Positions 40,901 through 52,900 of a stretch of DNA of 55,155 nucleotides are shown here, piece by piece. Position numbers and translations under genes: made by a program. Positions within the stretch are counted from its first letter, which is position 1. The number at the start of each line of letters is the position of its first letter. The notes under the pieces were generated by a model. That model saw nothing but the letters and a program-made list of their open reading frames with translations. It did no database searches and had not been told where the DNA came from. The DNA comes from Bacillota bacterium (GTDB lineage: Bacteria > Bacillota > Clostridia > Christensenellales > CAG-917), in contig JBNMJA010000002.1 in assembly GCA_050873585.1 (NCBI GenBank), positions 1-55,155 of the forward strand, given 5' to 3'.

Positions 40901-43900
40901 CCGAGTATCGTATCGTCTTTGACCAGAGGCAGAGAAATGCCGCTACCCGAACCGTCGTCCGTAGTATCGTCCGCTGTCATAGCGTCGCTTGCATTGAGTG
41001 CGAGCAAGCCGCTCACGAGTTTGCGGATTTCGTTTGCGTCAACGCGCAAGGACGGAATGTTGAAATAACTCAAATCAATGAACAAGCCGCCGTTTTCGCG
41101 TTTGTATCTGCCCTCTACGTTCTTGTAGCAGTAACTTGAATCGTAGGAATATCTCGTGCCCGAGTATTCGCTCGATCTGATGTAGCTGTACTTGCCGTTC
41201 GTATCGCGATAATAACTGCCGTTCTTCGTTTCGAAGTAATGGTCGAATCTTTCGCTCGGATCAACGTAGTTTTCACTGTTTTCGTCGAGTTCGCCCTTCG
41301 ATTCGTCGAGAAGCGTAAACGTGCCGCCCACCATATAGATTCCGAGCATATCGTGGTAATCGGAATCGTTTCCGCCCTTGGTTTGCAGTCTTACGCTGAG
41401 GTTGACGTAACTTGCGATGTCCGCAATGAGCTTGGCGAGTTGCGTCGTGTCGATATTCTCGATGACTTTCTTGAGCAAGTCGATGACGGTGAACAAATCC
41501 ATATCGCCGTCAAATTGGTCGTCGTCGCCTGCGTACTTGACGAGTTCGGTGCGCATGAAGTTGAGAAGCGCGGCAACCTGAACGTCAACGTCCACAACGA
41601 GTTGCAACGAACGGTCGATATCGCCGCCCTTGTCCGATTGCGCCTTTATGACGAGAAGTTGATCGTCTGTAAGGCTCGGGAAGAAGGCTTGAAGCACTGC
41701 GCTCAAGTCGATGTCGTTATCTTCGCCGGTCTTGAACTGCGTCGTAATGTCAATGGTTTCGCTGAGAGTGAATCTGTCAACGTCGTCCATATTGGTGTAC
41801 TCTGCAAGCTCGTCGCCGCTGAGGACGTACGTGCGAGAGTTGGTGAACGCAATGTCGAGATTCTTGATAGCAAGGCTGAGTTTGAGCGTGGTGTCGTACT
41901 TGCCGCCGTCTTTGACGTAGGACTTGTTTGCAGCCGCGCCTGCAACGTGCTTGTAAACGGCAACGGATTTCTCTTCGCCTTCGAGCATCGAACGTTTCAT
42001 CGTGTCGAGCAATTCACTGCCGTCGCCTTTGCCGTTGGCAAGAACTTTCAACAAATAGAGCTTGTTGGTGCTCTCATCGCATTTGACGAGATATTTGTCA
42101 TAACGGTTGCTTGCAACCTTGATTTCGCTGCTGTCGTCGGGCTTGATTGCACGCACGAAGTTGCTGCCTGCGCTTTCTTTGACGTATTCGCCGTCGTTGG
42201 ATTGTCTGAAGACGTAGTACTTGTCGGTTCCTTTCTTAACTTTTTCCGCAATGCTTGCTGCGGTGCTTTCGGAATAGTCGGAATCTTTGTTGTATCTGTC
42301 GCCGTCAAGACCGAGCGCAACGTCAACGGAGAGGTTGATGCTGTCCGACGTGTCGAGTTCGACCTGCAAACCGCCGTTGATTTCTTGATAGAACAAGTCT
42401 TTGATATCGAATCCGAGCAAATCTTCGGGGATGTACTCGAGAATGGTGTCAAAGAGTTTGTCGCCGAGTTTCAACGTGAACAAGTCTTTGTTGATGAGCA
42501 TAGAAAGAGCAAGTTCTTTGTCGCTGAGACTGATGTCGCTTCCGTTTGCGTCTGCGGCAACGGACGCTTCGTCCGTGGACGCGTCTTTTGCTCTGTTGCC
42601 CGCAACGAAGAGTTCTTCGTCGTCGAAGTCAATGATGATATCTTTGAGGAGTTCTGCGATGTTCAAACCGCCGATTGCGACCTTCTGAATATTGAACGCT
42701 TCCTCAAGATTGAGATAAATGGTGTTGTTGACGTAGTATGCGCCGAGCCACAAACTCTCGTAACCGGTTTCGGTGACGTTGATGAGTTCTATCTTGAGTT
42801 CGGACTTGGTGAGGTCGTAAATGTCGACCATAAGCGATACGTCAAGTCTGAAGTGTGCGGAAGAATAACCCTTCGTCGTAGAAGGCATTTCAACCACGAC
42901 ACCCGTGAGATCGCCTACGACGGAACTCAAAATCTTGCCGAAATCGAGCGTGCCTTCGGTGATGCCCAGTTCGAGTTCCACGGAGAAGCCCACCGTGATG
43001 ATGGTGTCGTAGAACATGTTGGTCGGGATATCTTCATATTTTTCTTTGTCTGCTTCGGTGAGTTCGTCGGTGTACTCGATTTCCTTGCCGCCTTCGACTC
43101 TCGAATGCGCTTTGCCGTCGCGGATATACGCCGGGAGCAAGTTGTTGCCCGCGCCTACGCCGAGTTCGATGCCGCCGAGTTTAAGTCCCATATTGACGCA
43201 GCCGATTGCTACGTCAAGTCCGAGATAGAAGTCGCTCATCGAAGAGTAAAGATTGATCGTACGATACCAATCGCCGTTCTCGTCCTTAACGTAGCCGAAC
43301 AAACGAGATCTCAACTCTTGAATATCTCTTTCTTCGCCGTTGTAGCGGACGTAGGTGTCGCCTGCGATATAAGTGTCGGTGACGCTTTCGTTGCCGTTTG
43401 CGTCCATTCTGTACATTCTGTAGCTACGCAAGCTGATAGGATCGTCGATGCCGGCGACTTTTGCGTAGTAGTTTGCGTTGGAGTGGACGTACTTGCCGTC
43501 AACGGTACCGGTTATAACGGTGTAAGCACCGTTGAGATAGACGCCGAACGTCTTGTCTGCCGGAAGTTTGCCGTCTGCGTATCTCGTCTTGACTGCGCCG
43601 TCAATCGGTTTTACGGTTCCGGTTGCTTCGTCGACGGTGACTTCGTAAACGTCGGTCGTTGCCGCTTGATAGTATTTGCCGCCTACGACGTAATACTTGT
43701 CGGTTGCAACGGTTCCGCTGAGGTCTTCCGTTTCGTAATAGGCGTATCTGGATTGCTTGTAGGCTTCGTCCGTCATAAACTTGTTGTACAAGTCTTGATC
43801 CTCGATATTCTCAGAGTTCTTGAGGTCTGTAAGGCTCTTGTAGACGGGTTGACCGAGGTCCACGCCGAGAGAAACGTTGAACACGTCAAACACTTCCTCG

Positions 43901-46900
43901 AGAGATCCGAGGTCGGGCATGAACGTTGCAAGCACGAACGCTATCAACGCTTTGGTGATTTGAATTTGGAATTGAGCGTCGCTGTACGCAAGCAACACGA
44001 CTGCGTCGCGGGTTGCACTGCGGAGAACCTGCTCGTCGCTTGCCGTTTGTGCGCCGTTATTCTCTTTGTCTCCGCCGATCGAGCCGAGTTTTTCGATGAC
44101 TTTCTTTGCGAAATCGACGAAGTTTTCGATCTTGGAGTAGTTCTCTGCCGTACCGACAACGCCGGTGAGGTCAAGATAGAACGTGCCGCCGCTCAGATAC
44201 ATACCGCCGAGCACCTTGTCGTTGCCGTCTCTCGTGCCTTTTGCGGTGTCGTATTTTGCGAAGTAACCTTGGCTGTCGACTTCGATGAACTGAATTGCGA
44301 GTTCGACCTTGCTCAAATCGCTGTTGTCGATAAATTCGCCAAACGAGCCGCCGGAAGCAAGCCCTTGCAAATCGAGAGCCGCAAGATCGATGTTTGCCGA
44401 CACTCTCAAACCGATGCCTGCGTTGAATGCGGACAAGGTTTGCAAGTTGATGATCATATCGCGGAACGCATTGGGAAGCAAGCCGCCTGCATTGACGACT
44501 TCCGCACTTGCGGAATTGAAGTAAATCAAACCGCTTACGCTCAACGAAATGTTTTGGTCCTGATAAGTTTCTTGACCGCACTTCTTGTAGAGTTTTACCT
44601 CTTTTGCAAGTGCGTTGCGAGTGATGACATTGCCTTCCGCGTCCTTTTCGGTGACGGTCATCGCTTCAAGCACTCTCTTGTAGAAGACGGTGCTTTGCGG
44701 AGCGTTTGCGTCGTTACGATTGACGTAGATATCGTTTTGAGCGTCGTAAACATACACTGCGTCGTCATCTTCGGATTGAACGTAATTGACATAGTATGCG
44801 TATTGTTTGCCGTCCTCTGCGCTCGTCTGAACGGTTGCGTAGGAGCGTGCGTACATAGTGACGCCGGTGAGATCTTCCTTGCTGTAACGTTTCGTGCCTT
44901 CTTCGAGCACTTCGCCTTCGCGGATGAGTCTGTATTCGCCCGTCGCTTCGTCAAGAACGAACGCGCCGTTTGCGTCAACGTTGAAGTTGGGTTTGCGATA
45001 CATACCCGTCTTGAGCAGGTATTCGCCGCCTTCGCTTTCATTGAACGTATAGTAAATCGCATTGTCTGCGAGTTCGGTTTCTCTCTGATAATTCTCGCCT
45101 CTGAATCCACCGATGAGAGCAAGAATGTTGGCGATATAGTCGTCCAAAGAGATGAATTCGAGTCGTTCGTCGTTGTCGAGAAGAGTCTGATAATCGTTGA
45201 CGCTTTCAAGGCCGACCTTTACGTCTACGCCGAGTTTGAGATCGAACGTGAACGGCTTGGTGTTGCCGCGTTCGTCTTTGATCGGGTCTTTCTTGTTGGC
45301 AAGAGCGAGTTTGAGTTGCAATGCAAGTGCGTTGTCGAGATAGCCCTTGAACAATTCGTCGGTTTGCGGATAGAGATAGATTCCGCTTTGTGCTTCGTCA
45401 AGAACGGTGTTTTCGGAGTTCACTTCTTCGTTGAAAAGCATCGAGAACAAGTCGTTGATGAAGTTTGCACGCAAGAATACTCCGAGATAGCCTATCTTGT
45501 TGATATTGCTGTCGGCTTTCCACGGTGCCGCGCTAAGAACGAGTTTCGAAACGACGGTATTCAACAGTTTCGCAACGTCGAGACCGCCTGCTCCGGTAGT
45601 ATCGTCCGCAGTGGACGCATCCGAGCTGCCGCCGAGTTCGACGCCGAGTCTGCCGAGCAATTCGAGAAGTCCGACTTGAACGCGCGGACCGCCTACGCCG
45701 TCAAGATCGACGTATACGTCGCCGTTGAGCAAATAAATATTGAGATAAGCTTTGCTCTGTTCGTGCTCGTAGTCGAAGTCTATGCCGACGCTTGCTTCGA
45801 GGCCTTTGAGAATGGTGTTGACGTCAAGATTTCCGAGATCGATCTTGGAAATGTCTTCCAATCCCATCGCCTGCAAGTTGAGTCTTGCTTTGACGTCGAG
45901 TTTGAAGCCGTCGTCCATCTTGTCGGAAAGCATAAGGTTGAGTCCCAAACGCTTGAGCAAATCGCCGACGCTGAACTTGTCTTTTTCGATTTCAAATCCG
46001 ATCTCTTCGTTGTCGGTGTTGATGCGGATTTGCGGAAGCATGGTCGCAAGAATATCTTGCAAACCGTCCATTCCGAGAACGAGGTTGAGCAATTCGTCGA
46101 ATGCGAAACCGTCACGGATATAACTTCCGTTGTTGTCTTGTACGAATCTGCCGTCGTAGTTGAGAGAATATCTGTCTTGCGGCGAGAAGGATTCGAGAGC
46201 CTTCTTGTCCGTGACGAGAACGTACGTCGCGCTTGCATAGTAGTCCACGATAAGGCTGAGGTCAAGTGCGATGATATGTGCTTCCTGAAGTCCCTTATAG
46301 TAACTTCTGTATTCACCGCCGTCCGCTTTGACGTATTTTCCTCCGACAAGGTTGTATCTGTCGCCTTTATAAGTGTCTTTTTCGGTTTCGCTAAGTTTGA
46401 CGAATTTGTCGATTCCCTTGCGAGCCTTGTTCTTTATCGTGCCGTATGCGCCGTTTTCGTTTTTGCCGGTTGCGACGTCGATATTGCCGAGGCTTACGCC
46501 GAGTGCGATAAGGTTGCTGTCAAGGTTGACGTCAAGCGAGATTGACGGATCGAGTTGCAAATCAACGCCGACTTGAATGTCGAGGTCGAGTTTCTCGAGA
46601 ATTTCGTCGATCTTAAGGTCACCGTCGCCGTTTGACGTGAGTGTGGCAATAAGTCCGACAAGCACGTTTTGCATAACGAGCGCACTGAGCTTGCCGTCCG
46701 CAATGTTGAGAACGACTTGCATTTGCTCGTCTGCCGAGAGCGTACTCTCGTCGGATGCGGTCGAAGCCTCGGAATTGTTGGTCTGCGACTTGATATCGCC
46801 GAGAAGTTTGACGATTGCGTCGCAAACGAATTCGCTGATGTTGGTCTTCTCGAGATAGAAGGGTTCGCGTCCGAGGTCGCCGAAGTCGAAATAGATATTT

Positions 46901-49900
46901 TGACCTTCGATGTAGACCGCTATTATATTCTTAATTACTGTATCATTGTCGTTTAACGTAATCTCAAGAACGATATTAGTGTCGTTCGGCTCGTTGAGCG
47001 CAAGGTTTGCGCCGAGGCTGAGGCGAATATCGTATTCGATATCGTCGTACATATCGAGTCCGAGTTCGATTCCGAGATTTTCGATAAACAAATCAAGGTA
47101 ATTTTCAATGCGAATTTGTTCTTTTTGTCCCTTGATCTTGAGATCGAGTCCGAGATCGACGTTGAGTGAAAGCGTGTCGAGATTTTCGGCAGTCGTGTAG
47201 ATAGTCGAGTCGAAATCTTCGGGAAGCACTCCGCCCTCTTTGCCGAGAGCAAGATTGATTTCGCTTATTTCAAGACCGATATAAACGGGAGAAATCTCCG
47301 CATTGAGTTGGAGATTGTAATTATTCTTCCACGCAAGAGCAAGATAACTTCTGTCCGAATTGAGTTTGATGAACTTTTCGGGATCGACTTGCTTGCCTGC
47401 AAGCATTTGAACGAGCGTGACGATAAGCCCTTCCGCAAAATTGATTTGCACGCCTTCGGAGCCTACGCCGATATACCCGATGATTCCGCCGAGCACTGAG
47501 CCGATAATACCCATAAGGTCGATTCCGCCGCTCTCTTCCTCCGCCATAGTCGTTGCGCCTGCGTCGGAAGAATTGCCGCCGCTAATCAAGCCGCCGAGCA
47601 ATGCTCCGAGGTCGATATTTGCAAGTGCGACGTGGAAATCGTTGCTCAAATCGAGATAAACCGTGCTCACTGCATTGCCTTGAGCGTTTTCGCCCGTGCT
47701 TTGCAAACGAAGAGCAAGGATAACGTGTTGGATCTTGTCTTGATTGATCATTCCGTCGATATCGGCAATACTTCTGTTGTAAATTTCGATTGCGATATCG
47801 CTGTGGGACGCTATGTACGCAATATCGAGCAAACTTGCTTTGGTAAAGACTTTGTCGTTTGCAAATTGATTCGCGTTTTCGTCCGTGACGTTGACTTTGA
47901 CGTATGCGTCGTCAACGAGGATATAGCCTTCTCCTCTGTATGCGAGGTCGGTGACTTCGCTCAAAGCGATTCCGCCTGCGACGTATTGTTTGAGGTAAAC
48001 GTCGCCGACAAACTTCTTGTCGCTCGTCAAATCGCGCTCTTCGTCGTTAAGAAGAACGTATTTCGTGCCTTCGAGTTTGTAAACTTCGGCAAATCTTGCA
48101 AGATTTGCAAGTTCGGAGTTCGCATACTTCTTGAACACCGCGTTTTGCGTGAGATCAACGGGGACGTCGGGATTGAGGCGCGCGTTGAGTGCGATGCGGA
48201 ATCCGATTTCCGCACCCGCTTCGACGGGAACGCTGTAGGTGAGAAGAAGTTGTCTGATGAACGAGTTGAGTTGCGGATTGCTTTCGTCAAGGAAAGATGC
48301 TATCCATTCGCCGACTGTCCAGGACGTGTTGCCTTGGTGTGCGCCGACGCTGAAAGTGCCCTTGACTTCCGCATAAATGCTTGGGATCGTGATATCGCCG
48401 TAGTCGTTGAAGAGGGTGATGTTTTCGTACACGTCCTCGTCTTCGCTGGTGACGTATTGAGCCATCGTCTGCTCTGCTTTTCCGTCACGCACGATCTTGA
48501 TAGACTCGATTGTGCTACCGCCGATGGTAAGCTCGAGCGGATTGAGCGTTGCGCCGTCTGCGCCCTTAACGGTCGTGCCGATATAGATTTCCGCACCTGC
48601 GATTTTTTGTCCTTCGTCGGTGTTGATGTCAACGGCAACTCTCAAGGGTTTGTTGTCGAATTTGTCTTTTACGCTTGCCCATGCAAGTTGCGCCCATGCC
48701 GTGATGTCGCTTGCGTCGATGCCGATGACCTGATACACGATATCCGTCAAGCCTTTTGCGATCTGCAACTTGACGTTGTCGGAAGAGAGCGTTGCGATAA
48801 TATCGAGAGCAAGTGCTCTTCTGGCAGCCGTATCGTCCTCACCCGTTACCGCAGCAGTCAATGCGTCCGCCGTTGCCGTGCCGTTGACGGAAACAGTGGT
48901 GTCTTTGACGAGCATGGAAAGAATGAGTTCATAAAGATCGATTTCGGTCTGAATCTTTCCGAGTCCGAAATTGCTTGCGTCGAGATAAAGCACGCCCGAA
49001 GTATAGTAAATTCCGAGCAAGACTTTGCGATCGAGTCCGAATTTTTTGCCCGTGAGCTCGACGAGCAACTCGCTGTGGTTGTTTTTGGTGTTGATTTGCG
49101 TCTCTTTGAAGAGCAAATATTTCAAAATCGGAGAAATATCGAGTTGTCCCGCAACGCGCAACTCGTAATTGATATCCATTTCCGAGTCGAATGCGAGAGT
49201 CGCTTTTGTTATATTCTCTTCAATAAAGTTTCCGTTTGAATCTTTATAATAGAGTGCGCCCGTGTACGTTGAAGGAACGGGTGTCTTTTCGATTTCTATA
49301 TATTCGCCGTTTTCGTTGAGCCAATATTTGCCTTCACCGAACACGAGTTCTCTCGAACCTTGGTCTGCGGTAAAATCGATGCCGAGCGTAAGATCGAGCC
49401 CTACGAACGGATATTCCAAAATCTCGGTGAAATCGTCCTTTTGAAGGTTGTCGTTTTCAAGATAATCGGTCGGTTTGTCGTTCAACCCTGCGGACAAGCC
49501 GTTGAGCGACAAATCAAGGCTGACGTTGTTGCCCAAAGAAAGGAATATGCCGAGTTGGAAGTCGGGCAAATAGAGACCGTCGTTGAGCGCAATGCGGATT
49601 CCGCCGTCAAAATCGGTGCTTGCAAACTTGATCTTAACGTTGTTTTGCACTTCGCGATAGTCGTTGAAGAAGTCGTTGCGATAGTACTCTTTTCCGCCGA
49701 ACGCTTTGTACGGAGTGAGAATTTCGGTCTTTACGTATTTTCCGGTTGCGATATTGAACCAATACGCGCCGTTGTCTGTCGCATTGTACTCGCCGCTGCC
49801 GCTGTCGTAAGAATAATACTTGCCGCTCTTTGCGTAATTCTCGGGTGCGGCTTGCGCGTTCTTTGCGACGTATTGTTTCGTTTCGATATCAAACCAATAT

Positions 49901-52900
49901 TCGCCGTCGGCATTCTCTTCACCCAAATAATACTTGCCGCTCTTTGCGTAATTCTCGGGTGCGGCTTGCGTGCTTTTTGCGATGTATTGTTTCGTTTCGA
50001 TATCAAACCAATATTCGCCGTCGGCATTTTCTTCACCAGAATAATACTTGCCGCTCTTTGCATAGTTTTCGGGTGCGGCTTTCTCACTTGTCGCAACATA
50101 TGCGCCCGTTGCAACGTCATACCAGTGCGTGCCGGTTGCTTCGGTGGCTTCGATATAACCGTTGTTTTCCTCGTTAAACGTGTAGAACTTGCCACTCTTT
50201 GTGTAATTCTCGGGTGCGGCTTGTGCGCTTTTTGCTATATATGCACCCGTTGCGATGTCGTACCAGTGCGTACCGCTTGCAGCAACGGATAACGTATAGA
50301 ATTTTCCGCTCTGCGTATAGCCTTTGGGTGCGGTTTGCGCGCCTTTTGCTATATATGCATCCGTCGCGATGTCATACCAGTGCGTACCGTTTGTCGCGGT
50401 GGATAACGTGTAGAATTTGCCCGATTTCAGATAGAATTCGTCACTATTTCTGCTCGTATCGGCAAAGGAAACGTAGTCGCCGTTCGGAGCGAGCCAATAA
50501 GTTTGGTCATAACTGAGTCCGATAATGTTGAGAACTTTGTCGAAAAGTCCGGATGCAAGCATGACCTCGAAGGCGTGGTTGCCGAGATTGAAACCGTCGA
50601 TTATTCCCGCCACGAAGCCGAGAATCGAGTTGACGTCGAGTCCGCCTTCTTCGTCAGACGTCGGGTCATCTGCAACTGCCGCTTCTTGAGCGTCGTTTTG
50701 AGAGCCGTCGCCGCCCACTCCGAGCATGTCGAGCAATTCTTTGGCGTCGAGTTTGATCTCTTTGACGCTGATGCAAAGCAAATCTGCTTTCAGGTATACC
50801 CAACCGTCTTGCAAGTAGATTGCAAGAAGAGGATTATTGCCCTCGACGTCCGCTCTTCTGGTGATTGCAATCTTTGCAGAAGATTTGAGGAGAATATCGA
50901 GGATTGCGCTCGTGTCAAGACCGCCCGTAAGGTCGATGTCTGCGTTGACGTCGAGTTTAAGTCCGCCTTCGATATTGCCAAGTTCGAGCAATACGTTGAC
51001 GAGAACGCCTTTGAACAAATTGCCGAGTTCCTGATCGGGAAGATCAACGGAAATTTCCGCAAGTTTGCCCTTGAGCGTGTCTATATCGATCGAAAGACCC
51101 GTCGAGAGATTGACGTGGAGCAAATCCGTGTTGAGCGTGCCGTTCTTGAGAATAGGCAGGTATGCGCCCGGATTGTCCGCAAGATCTTGTTCGAGATCGG
51201 TGAAATTCTTGTCAAATTGACCTTGATTGATGATTTTACCGAAGGTAACGTCGACGCCGAGTTCGAGTCCGATCAACGGATCGAGCGTGAAGTCGGTGTG
51301 CGTTTCGTTGTATTCGCGAATTCCGAGCGTTGCGTCCAACTTGATTGATTTCTCTTGTTGTGCGCCCTTGTTCGTATAGGTCAGGCTTGCTTCGGAAATG
51401 GGGATATCCGCACCGATATTGTCGCCTGTGAACACCATTCCGAAGATGGTTTCGAGCAAATCTCTGGTGATATCGAATTGGATACCGTTGATGTTGAATA
51501 TGTTTTCGTCCATATCGATATTGATATGGTCGAGTATCGTGCTTACGAGTGCCAACACGTCAACGCTTCCGTCGTCGTCGGCAGATTCAAACGCGCCGTG
51601 TTGAATGATAAGTTCGCCGTTGTCGACGAGCGCTTGTTGGATCGCTTGCGCTTTCATACCGTCGGCAAAATAATCGCGTGCCGCTTGAGAAGTCGCGTCG
51701 CCTTTGAGTCCGTCGATTGCACCCTTTATCGTGTCGAAAAGTTGATCGATGAGATCGCCGAGCAATTGATTGACATTGATATCGTCGATCTTGAACTTCG
51801 TTCCGTTAGAGCCGAGCAAACCGCTTGCGTCGATATAAACGCCGTTCAAACTGCCCTTATAAAGCGCGCTGAGACGTTCTCTGTTGTCTCTGCCGAGAAC
51901 TCTGACGGCAAGTTTGGTTTCCCCCGGGTTTCTGGTGTTGATTTCTCCCTGGAGGGTAATCGTAAGTTGAACGACGCCGCTTGCAAAGTCGATTTCTTTT
52001 GCAAACAACGGTTGAAGCGCCGCAAGCAATTCGGCGTCGAGATTTTGTTTGAGGAGGTTTGAAATGAGCGTGCCGAAAGAATCCACCACGTTGTCGATGG
52101 ACACTTTCTTTTGCGCAAAGTCGAGTGAGAGAGTTATTGCGCCGTCAAGCGTGAGGAAGGAATATTGCTGTGCGGTTTCAATGGCTTCGAGCAAAGTTTT
52201 ACCGTCGGATCCGGTACGCTCTGCGAGAATACCCTTGACGTCGAGATCGGGCGTGCCTGCGAATTCGGCTTTCGCATAGCCCAAATCGATACCGAATTCG
52301 GATTGGAACGTGCCGTACTTTTCTTGGATATCGGGAATTCCGCTCGAATTGAGGTTTACGTCAATGCTGAAATTGGTTTCTTTGAGCGCCCCGTTGTAAA
52401 TGTCCGCTTCGAGATAAAGCGCAACGCCTGCCAAAGCACCGATTTTGCCAAGATCGAGTCCGAGCACGTCTTTGACGAGCCCGATAATATTTTCGGGAAT
52501 AAGACCTTGGACAAACGGAATGAGCGTCACGATAAGTCCGAGATCACAAGGAATACGCAAAACCTGACGACCGTTACCGTAGTCCACGAGCGTGCTCTTG
52601 CTTGATCCGAACAGTATGTTGACGAGCAATTCTTCAACCGTCAAATGGGCTATGTCGATTTTGATCAGACTGTTGACAAGTCCGCCGATATCGTAACCCA
52701 TAATGGTGTCGTAAAGGATTGAGGAAAGATTGAGTTGTTCGAGCGCGTCGGAAAATCTCGTCACGAAACTGCTCATATTGATGGTGTCCGTGTACACGAC
52801 GTGGACGCCGTCGCCTTTCTTGATTCCGCGCATATCTGCAACGAGTTTGCCGTCATAATAGTATGCGCCGAAAAGCATCGAGCCTTTTCCCGCCTTCGCC

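Noticed and set aside
41239-46545. A 1,768-aa plus-strand ORF, together with 27583-28875, 29437-31209, 31438-33051, 35473-37197, 39634-40863 and 47632-49239, lying antisense to the giant gene.
   Set aside because: - All are in the codon-aligned antisense frame (start coordinate of the form 3n+1), which stays open simply because the sense strand avoids TTA, CTA and TCA codons.
- The products are low-complexity V/F/D/R-rich strings with no SD or promoter.
- The same artefact occurs opposite thrS (6138-7541) and metG (19725-21026), so it is a genome-wide codon-usage effect.
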